Under the pieces are notes generated by a model. It ran no database searches. It was not told where the DNA came from and was given only the letters and a program-made list of their open reading frames with translations. A stretch of 64,000 bases of DNA from Alphaproteobacteria bacterium (GTDB lineage Bacteria; Pseudomonadota; Alphaproteobacteria; UBA7887), in contig CBDCGL010000011.1 in the NCBI GenBank assembly GCA_965216755.1, positions 1,920,001 to 1,984,000 of the forward strand, given 5' to 3'. This document shows positions 1-8,187 of the stretch, one piece after another; position 1 is the stretch's first letter; every line of letters begins with the position of its first letter. The position numbers and the translations under genes were made by a program.

Positions 1-447
1 GTCGGCGTCGCTGGCGTCAGTCGCGGCGACACCCGCGGTCCGAACCGCGCCATCCGGCCGCCGCACCAAATGGATCTCCGGCCCGCTGATTTCCAACCAG
101 GTCGGCGCGATCAGTCCACGCGAAAGCGCCAACACACTCAGTCCAAAGCCCATTTCTGGGATGACGGCGGCGACCGCTTTGTCGTTCTGACTGTCGATCG
201 CGCGGACATTGAACGCACGCACCGAGACGGCATTCTGCCAACCCGACCAGTTGATACTCAAATCGTCGAAACGGATGTCGATATCGTCGAAGCCATCACT
301 CAGCGCCGCCTCGACGTAGGGCGCAAAAGTCTGCAGAGAGATCGGACCACTGGATAGTCGCCACGCCGCAGCCGCAACAAGCATGGCCAGCATTGCGGCC
401 AACGCTGCCAGTCCGTGCAACAGTCCTCTTGTGGCTGGACGGATCAA
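1..447 (-). CDS. AsmA-like/YhdP (DUF3971) family protein, N-terminal part (runs off window edge)
   Basis: Not in the ORF track. Manual translation of the minus strand from TTG at 447 is open to position 1: LIRPATRGLLHGLAALAAMLAMLVAAAAWRLSSGPISLQTFAPYVEAAL...LIAPTWLEISGPEIHLVRRPDG. An N-terminal TM helix followed by WRLSSGPISL is typical of this family, and the gene is divergent from glnE. Confidence 0.75.
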   Translation of the reverse strand, partial: MIRPATRGLLHGLAALAAMLAMLVAAAAWRLSSGPISLQTFAPYVEAALSDGFDDIDIRFDDLSINWSGWQNAVSVRAFNVRAIDSQNDKAVAAVIPEMGFGLSVLALSRGLIAPTWLEISGPEIHLVRRPDGAVRTAGVAATDASDAD

Positions 448-524
448 CGTGAATTCGACATGTTCGTCGGGCGGCGAATGACCGCCGATTACCCCCAATC
501 TTGACCTGGTCGCTGGGGACCTTA

Positions 525-3479
525 ATGGACAACGCCTGTCAATCCAACCTCCGCCACCCGCCACGCGCCGGCAATCCTGAGGCGGCGGCGCGCGGGCTCG
601 AAGATTGGCGCACGCAAAGCGCCAATTCCGATCGCCCCGAATTGAGAACCGCAGCTGGTCTGGCCGACGCCGAAAACAGCCGCGTTGTTCTGGAAGCGCT
701 ATTTGGAAATGCGCCATTTCTTGGCCGCTGTGCCCTGGCGGAACCCGAGTTCTTCGCTTGGGCGCTCTCGGCGACACCAGAAACATGCTGGAACGGCATT
801 CTTTCCGCCATCGCCTACGATGCGACCAAGGACCTGGACGACGATAGCGTTAAACGGGCCCTACGCATCGCGCGGCGGCGGGCTGCGTTGTTGGTCGCGA
901 TCGCTGACTTGACCGGTAAGTGGTCGATCGAAACCTCCGCCCATGCCCTGTCCCGCTTCGCGGAAGCCGCGATCGCGCGAGCGGTCGAACATGTGATCGC
1001 TCGGGGTGCCGATACCGGCGATCTGGACGTTGCCGACCCGCTGGATCCGGCAAAAGACTGCGGATTGATCGTGCTTGGCATGGGAAAGCTCGGCGGCGGC
1101 GAGCTGAACTACTCAAGCGACGTCGACCTGATCGTTCTCTATGATCTTGACAAAGTGGCGTATCGCGGGCGGCGCACCGTGCAGGACTATTTTGTCCGCC
1201 TAACCCGCTCCTTAGTGTCAATATTGGACGATCGCACTGTCGACGGTTACGTGTTTCGTACTGATCTGCGTCTGCGACCGGATCCGGGCGCAACGCCACT
1301 CGCGCTTTCGGTCTCGGCGGCGGAAACGTACTACGAGAGTCTCGGCCAGAATTGGGAACGCGCGGCCATGATCAAAGCCCGCCCGATCGCCGGTGATCGC
1401 GATGCAGGCGACGCATTTCTCCAATCAATTCGGCCGTTTGTTTGGCGACGCTTCTTGGATTTTGCCGCCATTCAGGACATCCACGCCATCAAACGACAAA
1501 TTCACAGCCACAAGGGCGGTGGCGAGATCCAGCTGGCCGGGCACAACATCAAGCTCGGCCGTGGCGGTATTCGCGAAATCGAGTTCTTTGCGCAAACGCA
1601 GCAACTTATTTGGGGTGGCCGCTATCCGGAGCTGCGCACGCGCGGAACGATTGACGCGCTCAACGGACTCGCCACGTCGCACCGCATTTCGCCAGATGCG
1701 AAATCCGATTTGACCGCCGCATATTGGTTTCTCCGCGGCGCCGAACAGCGGCTGCAAATGGTCGAAGACCGACAGACCCACGTGCTGCCCAACGACGACG
1801 GCGAACTTGCCCGGTTTGCGACCTTTCTCGGCTACGACGACCCGCAGACTTTTTTGGCCACACTGCACCATCACCTCCACGCGGTCGCAGATCATTATGG
1901 GCGATTGTTCGAAGAGTCGCCCGATCTCGCAGCGCCGACCGATCGGGGCGGTAGTCTGGTGTTTACAGGCGTCGAGGGTGACGAGGAGACCTTGACCACA
2001 TTGTCGGATATGGGGTTCGAGCGCACCGAGACTGTGTGGGACATCATTCGTGGCTGGCATCATGGCCGTCTGCGCGCTATGCGTTCGACACGAGCGCGCG
2101 AAATATTGACCAGCATCATGCCGAACTTGCTGGCGGCATTTTCGCGAACCGCGAATCCGAGTCAGGCGCTGCTCAACTTCCACGAATTCTTGAGCAATCT
2201 TCCAGCTGGCGTTCAGCTGTTCAGTCTGTTTCAGGCTCATCCGCCCTTGCTTGACTTGGTCGCGCAGATCATGGGCACAGCCCCCAAACTGGCCATCTAT
2301 TTAAGCCGCCATGCGCGCCTATTTGATGTTGTCCTAACCGAAGGTTTTCTCGATCCGATGCCTGAGAAGCCGGTCCTTGCCGAAGCGCTGCGTACCGCGC
2401 TGGCGCCGGCTGTCGACTTTCAGGACACGCTCGACATGGTGCAGCGGTGGACCGGTGACGCGAAGTTCCAAGTGAGCGTGCAACAGTTGAAGGGGCTGGT
2501 CGACAGCGAAGCCAGTGGTCGCACCCTTGCCGATATCGCGGATCTGGCCTTGGAGGCCATGACCAATGCGGTCCAGGTCGAGTTCGCGAAGAACTACGGC
2601 CGTGTGCCAGGGGCCGGGTTGGCGATTTTGGGCTATGGCAAACTCGGCAGTCGCGCGCTCAATCGTGGGTCCGATCTGGATATCGTCTTCGTTTACGATA
2701 TCGATTCCAGCGGCAGCGGGTCTGACGGTCCCAAATCCTTGATGCCCAGCACGTATTACAACCGCCTTTGCCAGCGCCTGATCACGGCGCTCAGCGCGCC
2801 GACAGCGGAGGGTAAACTCTACGAAGTTGACATTCGCCTGCGCCCCATGGGCAATGACGGTCCGATAGCGTCCGAGTTTATTGGTTTCGGGAGGTACTAC
2901 CACGAGGATGCGTGGACATGGGAACTCATGGCCCTCACCCGCGCGCGGGTGGCGGTAGCAGCGCCGGAACTAGCGAACCGACTGGCGGACGTCTTTCATG
3001 ATGTCATCACGCGCAAAAGAGAACCAGCACCCTTGATGCGCGACGTCGTGGAAATGCGCGTACGCATGGCTCAAGAACACGGAACATCCGATCCCTGGTC
3101 CGTCAAGCATGTTCGGGGTGGATTGATCGACGTCGAGTTTATCGCCCAAGCGCTGCAGCTCCGCTACGCGGCGGAAAATGAACAGATACTGAGCGTGGAC
3201 ACGGCGCTCGCACTGCGCAAATTGGTTGAAGCCGGTTACCTGTCCGCCGATGATGGCGGCGACTTGATTGCAGCGTTACGGTTGTATCTCGATGTTCAAG
3301 CCATGGCCCGATTGTGCTTGGTCGAGGCCATTGATGAGAATGCACCCGCCGGCCTCCGCGAGGCCTTGGCACGCGTCGGCGGTTGCGAAAGTTTTGCGAC
3401 ACTTCACGATCATTTGCGAGACACGCAATCGCGTATCCACGGCATCTTCAAAGCATTGATCGAAGCACCGATCACGTAG
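525..3479 (+). CDS. glnE: Bifunctional glutamine synthetase adenylyltransferase/adenylyl-removing enzyme
   Basis: Two nucleotidyltransferase domains (MGKLGGGELNYSSDVDL...DLRLRPDP; YGKLGSRALNRGSDLD...DIRLRPMG); NIKLGRGGIREIEFFAQ. Confidence 0.97.
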   Translation: MDNACQSNLRHPPRAGNPEAAARGLEDWRTQSANSDRPELRTAAGLADAENSRVVLEALFGNAPFLGRCALAEPEFFAWALSATPETCWNGILSAIAYDATKDLDDDSVKRALRIARRRAALLVAIADLTGKWSIETSAHALSRFAEAAIARAVEHVIARGADTGDLDVADPLDPAKDCGLIVLGMGKLGGGELNYSSDVDLIVLYDLDKVAYRGRRTVQDYFVRLTRSLVSILDDRTVDGYVFRTDLRLRPDPGATPLALSVSAAETYYESLGQNWERAAMIKARPIAGDRDAGDAFLQSIRPFVWRRFLDFAAIQDIHAIKRQIHSHKGGGEIQLAGHNIKLGRGGIREIEFFAQTQQLIWGGRYPELRTRGTIDALNGLATSHRISPDAKSDLTAAYWFLRGAEQRLQMVEDRQTHVLPNDDGELARFATFLGYDDPQTFLATLHHHLHAVADHYGRLFEESPDLAAPTDRGGSLVFTGVEGDEETLTTLSDMGFERTETVWDIIRGWHHGRLRAMRSTRAREILTSIMPNLLAAFSRTANPSQALLNFHEFLSNLPAGVQLFSLFQAHPPLLDLVAQIMGTAPKLAIYLSRHARLFDVVLTEGFLDPMPEKPVLAEALRTALAPAVDFQDTLDMVQRWTGDAKFQVSVQQLKGLVDSEASGRTLADIADLALEAMTNAVQVEFAKNYGRVPGAGLAILGYGKLGSRALNRGSDLDIVFVYDIDSSGSGSDGPKSLMPSTYYNRLCQRLITALSAPTAEGKLYEVDIRLRPMGNDGPIASEFIGFGRYYHEDAWTWELMALTRARVAVAAPELANRLADVFHDVITRKREPAPLMRDVVEMRVRMAQEHGTSDPWSVKHVRGGLIDVEFIAQALQLRYAAENEQILSVDTALALRKLVEAGYLSADDGGDLIAALRLYLDVQAMARLCLVEAIDENAPAGLREALARVGGCESFATLHDHLRDTQSRIHGIFKALIEAPIT

Positions 3480-3513
3480 TGGCACAAACTTTGTTTGATG
3501 GAGAGGGATTGGT

Positions 3514-3993
3514 ATGGCAACGAGCCAATTGGGGCCGCAGGTCGGAGACAAAGCTCCCGCATTCGATCTACCGGCCGACGGTGGCGAGCACATCACACTT
3601 ATGGACTTCAATGGTAAGCCGCTGGTCCTTTACTTCTATCCGAAAGACGACACAGCCGGCTGCACGAAAGAGGCAATTGGCTTTACCGAGGCGGCATCCG
3701 ACTTCGAGAAACTCGATGTCACTGTACTTGGCTTATCGAAAGATAGCGTCGCGACCCATGACAAGTTTATCAAGAAGCATGGTTTGAACGTGCGCCTTTT
3801 GTCTGACGAAAATGGCGCGGTGTGTGAGTCCTATGGCGTGTGGGTCGAAAAGAACATGTATGGGCGCAAATATATGGGCATCGAGCGCGCCACATACCTC
3901 ATTGATGGCAAAGGCATCATTCGCAATGTGTGGCGAAAAGTGAAGGTCACCGGCCACGTTGCGGCGGTACTCGAAGCTGCGCGCGCGCTATGA
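3514..3993 (+). CDS. bcp: Thioredoxin-dependent peroxiredoxin (BCP/PrxQ)
   Basis: LYFYPKDDTAGCTKEA motif; YGVWVEKNMYGRKYMGIER. Confidence 0.95.
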   Translation: MATSQLGPQVGDKAPAFDLPADGGEHITLMDFNGKPLVLYFYPKDDTAGCTKEAIGFTEAASDFEKLDVTVLGLSKDSVATHDKFIKKHGLNVRLLSDENGAVCESYGVWVEKNMYGRKYMGIERATYLIDGKGIIRNVWRKVKVTGHVAAVLEAARAL

Positions 3994-4027
3994 TTTGATA
4001 TCCACATAACGACCGGATGACCGGGCT

Positions 4028-4867
4028 TTGGCAGCGTCAGGTTTCGAGACCCTGACCGCGGCAGCGTGCGCCGTTCTCGAAATGCCAGTGCCCAACGCCA
4101 AGGTCGCGCTCAGCCTGCAAATCGCCGCTGAATGGCGGAATCGGCGCCTGGTCAAAATTGGCGACCGGCGCCCCCCGGACACACCGCGGCGGCCTCAGCG
4201 CCCGTTGTTGCGGCCGCCGCGAGACATGGCGCGGCGGCGGCGCGGACAAAGCCGTTCAGGGCGCACCGCGTTGCTACATGCGGTAACACACATCGAACTC
4301 AACGCCATTGATCTGGCATGGGATCTGATCGCGCGTTTCGCCGCTATCGCGCCACACCCGGACTTCTTCGATGACTGGGTGCGGGTTGCGTGCGAGGAAG
4401 CTCTCCATTTTCGGCTCCTCGCGAGGCGCCTTGTAGCACTTGATTGCATGTACGGTGACCTGCCCGCCCATGATGGACTGTGGCAGGCGGCCCATGAAAC
4501 ACGCCACGATATCCTTGCCCGGCTGGCGATTGTACCGCTGGTTCTCGAGGCACGCGGCCTCGACGTGACACCAGCGATGATTCGTAACCTCGAACGCGCC
4601 GGAGATGCGCAAAGCGGTACCGTACTGCGTCGGATCTACCTTGACGAAATTGGCCATGTCGCCGTCGGCCTGCGTTGGTTCAACCAAATTGCGCAGGATC
4701 GCGGCCTTGATCCGAGACAAGCATGGCATAGATTGGTCCGCACGCACTTCAAAGGCACGCTCAAGCCACCGTTCAACGACGAAGCGCGCGCCCAAGCAGG
4801 ATTTGACGACGGCTACTACGGCGCGCTTGCCAGTGAGACCCGATCAGCCAACACTCGATCAACATAA
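4028..4867 (+). CDS. Ferritin-like domain protein (DUF455)
   Basis: LLHAVTHIELNAIDLAWD, EEALHF, LPAHDGLW, LEARGLDVTP, DEIGHV motifs. Confidence 0.92.
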   Translation: MAASGFETLTAAACAVLEMPVPNAKVALSLQIAAEWRNRRLVKIGDRRPPDTPRRPQRPLLRPPRDMARRRRGQSRSGRTALLHAVTHIELNAIDLAWDLIARFAAIAPHPDFFDDWVRVACEEALHFRLLARRLVALDCMYGDLPAHDGLWQAAHETRHDILARLAIVPLVLEARGLDVTPAMIRNLERAGDAQSGTVLRRIYLDEIGHVAVGLRWFNQIAQDRGLDPRQAWHRLVRTHFKGTLKPPFNDEARAQAGFDDGYYGALASETRSANTRST

Positions 4868-5009
4868 CGCGGTGTGACCTCGGTCGCGGGCCCATGGCCA
4901 TCCCAATCTCGAAACATATGCGACCATGCTTCCTTGGATATGTCCGCGCTGGTCAGACCGACGATTGGCGTTCTCGGATCCACAGCAAGCACGTCCACAG
5001 AGAAGGCCG

Positions 5010-5813
5010 TCAAACCTTATACGCGTAGTTTTTGCCGGGCTCTCGTTCGATATCCGGCGGAAAATTCGCCCGCTTCTCGGCGAAATATCGCTCCCGATGA
5101 TCGCCGTGCTCGGCCAAGCCATAGGTCACATACAAAATCCGCCGCCGGAGTGTAGACAGATTTGGCGCAGACCGGTGTGGCGCGAAAGAGTCGAAGAAGA
5201 CAACGTCGCCCGGATCAGTTGGAAGCTTCTCAAAATGTAGATCCGCGATATCACTCTCGGACAGCGGCTTCCACATTTCGCCGATCAAACCGTCTTCGTG
5301 GTGTCCTGCCACCAACTCCAAGCAGCCGTTTTGCTTTGTCGCCGGATCGATTGAAATCATCATCGTGGTGTGGCGCGCACCATACACAGCCCACCCTGCC
5401 TGCACATCCTGATGGGGCTCAAATCCCTGCCCCCCAGGCAACTTCAGGTTGACTTTCTCCTTGAACAGGATGGCAGGTGCGCCAAACAAAGTCGAAACGC
5501 GGCCACACATTTCCGGCCCCCGCATCAGTGCACCCAGCTCAGCATGAAAATCCGCAAAATATTCAATGCGCGACAGCACGCGTTGACTGGCGTCACGAAC
5601 ATGGTCTTCGTAATAGAACATCGCGCCGCCCGGCGTTTCGGGCATTGCTTGCAGCGCATCGACCCAACGCGTCACCGATGCCATGCGCTCGGGCCCAAAC
5701 ATGCCTCGACACACCAGGAATCCGTCGCGCCTAAACGCCTGACACTGCCGTTCCGTGATCTCCGTCCCGTGTTCCGTCGCTGCAACCGCCATTGCCGCCC
5801 CCGCATTTGACAT
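5010..5813 (-). CDS. Fe(II)/2-oxoglutarate dioxygenase, PhyH family, PhnY*-like
   Basis: LFKEKVNLKLPGGQGFEPHQD (HxD), NGCL, PGDVVFFDSFAPHRS (distal His), RRILYVTY, C-terminal KRANFPPDIERE; start chosen at ATG 5813. Confidence 0.85.
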   Translation of the reverse strand: MSNAGAAMAVAATEHGTEITERQCQAFRRDGFLVCRGMFGPERMASVTRWVDALQAMPETPGGAMFYYEDHVRDASQRVLSRIEYFADFHAELGALMRGPEMCGRVSTLFGAPAILFKEKVNLKLPGGQGFEPHQDVQAGWAVYGARHTTMMISIDPATKQNGCLELVAGHHEDGLIGEMWKPLSESDIADLHFEKLPTDPGDVVFFDSFAPHRSAPNLSTLRRRILYVTYGLAEHGDHRERYFAEKRANFPPDIEREPGKNYAYKV

Positions 5814-6030
5814 TGCCAAGATCGATCCGGAACATGCCGAAATCGGCGGCCGTACTGTGACGGGGGGCTTGCAAAGTTGCAACCAAAGACAACAGAGGAT
5901 GAGAGGCAAAGGCGGAGACTTGACACGTCCGGCCAGTGATAAAATGTCGTGGCGTGTTTCGCCTTGTTTCTATCGGCTCCGATGCCGATCTTTGTCCGAA
6001 ACGTTGACCGCTGAAAGAGGAACGAGACCG

Positions 6031-6930
6031 ATGATACCGAAGTGGAGAATGATCCCATTGGTCGCAGCGCTGGCAGGGTTCGTTGCCGATAGCGCTTGGG
6101 CCATGCCCCTCCAATCGCGCAACACTCGCGCTTCGGAGGTTTTGGAAAGCGAGTCAGGCGTTCGCGCGCGGGGTTCGACCAATTACCAAGGACGTGGAAA
6201 CATTCGTGGCCAACGCGCGGCCGCGGCCGTACAAGTGCCGGTCTATCCGTGGGTTTGGGAGCAAGAGGCCGTTTTCCAGCGCGAAGGCAGCACCAAATTC
6301 CTCGTTCGTATGGAGAACATTTCTCCTGAAACGGCAATGCAATATGGAGATGGCACAACCGAAGCTGCCGGCATGTCGCATGGCGTCTACAGTGTGTTTC
6401 GCGATCAATCCCCAATGTACCAGGTCGGCCAAGTCGTCGCGTCGGGCAATGGTTTCGAAGCGCTTGCCGAAGATGGCAACGTCCGCCCTTTGCAGTCGTT
6501 TTTGGAAGGCGCCCCCTCGTCACTCGAATCCGGGATCTTCTATAAGCCGGTTGGCGCGGTCCGCGACGAAGAATTGTGGCCGGGCAAGATCTATGAATTT
6601 GTCGTCACCGCCGATCCCGGTGATCAGCTGACCTTCGCCACCATGTTGATGCAGTCGAATGACCTGGTCTACGCGCCGGCGTCAGGATCGATCGCATTGT
6701 TTGACCGCGAGGGGCGCCCTGTTTCGGGCGATATTACGCCTCAGCTCGCGCTCCTCGATGCCGGCACCGAGGTCAACGAAGAGCCGGGCTTCGGTGTTTG
6801 TAGTGGCATGAATCAAACGACGCTCAACGAAGGGCCAAGCGAGAGTCTCCCGGTCGAGCCGGTGAATGACGGCTATACCTATCCGTCCGTGGCAGAGGTG
6901 CTGCGGGTCACAATCGTGCCCCTTGACTAA
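6031..6930 (+). CDS. Secreted spondin_N-domain protein
   Basis: Signal peptide (...ALAGFVADSAWA); LAEDGN, FATMLMQSNDLVYAP and LLDAGTEVNEEPG spondin_N-type motifs; GAGG upstream of ATG 6031. Confidence 0.75.
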   Translation: MIPKWRMIPLVAALAGFVADSAWAMPLQSRNTRASEVLESESGVRARGSTNYQGRGNIRGQRAAAAVQVPVYPWVWEQEAVFQREGSTKFLVRMENISPETAMQYGDGTTEAAGMSHGVYSVFRDQSPMYQVGQVVASGNGFEALAEDGNVRPLQSFLEGAPSSLESGIFYKPVGAVRDEELWPGKIYEFVVTADPGDQLTFATMLMQSNDLVYAPASGSIALFDREGRPVSGDITPQLALLDAGTEVNEEPGFGVCSGMNQTTLNEGPSESLPVEPVNDGYTYPSVAEVLRVTIVPLD

Positions 6931-6935
6931 GCGCT

Positions 6936-8067
6936 TCAGGACGGCGCATCACGGCTTTCGTCGCGTGTGTTCCCGACCCTCGCGGCCAAAGCGGCGGCGA
7001 GGAAATCATCGATGTCGCCGTCCAATACCGCGGTAGTATTGCTGGTCTCCACGCTGGTGCGCAGGTCCTTGACCATCTGATAGGGGTGTAGCACGTACGA
7101 CCGGATTTGGTGGCCCCATCCGATATCAGATTTCGCCGCCTCGGCCGCTTGCATTTCCTCGTCGCGTTTTTGCAGTTCCAACTCGTAGAGTCGCGACCGC
7201 AGCATGCTGAAAGCGGTCGCGCGATTCTTGTGCTGTGATCGCTCGTTTTGGCATTGGACGACAATCCCAGTTGGCAAATGGGTGATGCGTACCGCGGAAT
7301 CGGTCTTGTTCACATGTTGTCCGCCTGCCCCGGACGCGCGGTACGTATCGACGCGAATGTCTCTGTCAGCGATCTCCACCTCGATCGCTTCATCAATCAC
7401 CGGGTACACCCAAACACTTGCGAAACTGGTGTGCCGACGAGACGAAGAGTCGAAAGGCGAAATACGCACCAAACGGTGGACACCACTCTCGGTCTTGAGC
7501 CAGCCATAGGCGTTGACACCGGAAATCCGCGCCACGGCTGATTTGATTCCGGCTTCTTCGCCCTCGCTTTCCTCAACGAACGCAGTCTTGTAATCGTGGG
7601 ATTCGGCCCAGCGAAGGTACATCCGACAGAGCATTTCGGCCCAATCCTGGCTTTCAGTACCGCCAGCGCCCGCATGGATTTCTATGAAACAGTCATTGCC
7701 GTCGGCTTCGCCCGACAGCAGTGTTTGCAGCTCCAATTTGCTGGCGCGCGCCTTCAACACACGCAGGGCTTCGCCGGCTTCGTTGACCACCTCGTCATCG
7801 CCCTCGGCTTCACCCAGTTCGACAAGCTCGACATTGTCTGACAAGGCCGTTTCGAGTTGGGCGAACGCCGACAAGTCGGATTCCAACCGCGTGCGCTCAC
7901 GCATCAACGCCTGTGCCCGTTGCGGATCATCCCACAAATTAGGATCCTCGGCCTGGCGATTCAGCTCAGCAAGTTTCTGGCGCGTCGCGTCGGGGTCAAA
8001 GATGCCTCCTCAGCAGAGCCAACGACTGCTCAATTTCGTTGGCGACCGCCTGCAGTTCGGTGCGCAT
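6936..8067 (-). CDS. prfB: Peptide chain release factor 2 (programmed +1 frameshift after codon 23)
   Basis: GGQ and SPF motifs. The first frame [23 protein letters not shown] ends in CTT-TGA-C and continues in the +1 frame. Confidence 0.97.
7995..8010 (-). promoter_or_regulatory. prfB autoregulatory frameshift site
   Basis: Minus strand reads AGGAGG-cat-CTTTGAC: internal Shine-Dalgarno (8010-8005) plus the slippery CTT TGA C (8001-7995). Confidence 0.95.
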
Positions 8068-8187
8068 GGTCCATTCACCAATGTCTCATGTGGAATTCGT
8101 CCCCAACGACTAAGCGCTCTCCACCTTAATATCAACAGGGTCCGCCAAACAGTCTCCCTAGGGGCCCCGCGCGCTTGGGCCAGGGCG

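Noticed and set aside
70-357. Plus-strand 95-aa ORF at the window start
   Set aside because: It is the antisense shadow of the minus-strand AsmA/YhdP-like gene that runs off the edge
7995-8067. Apparent truncation or pseudogenisation of prfB
   Set aside because: Canonical programmed +1 frameshift (internal SD + CTTTGAC); well known, not novel
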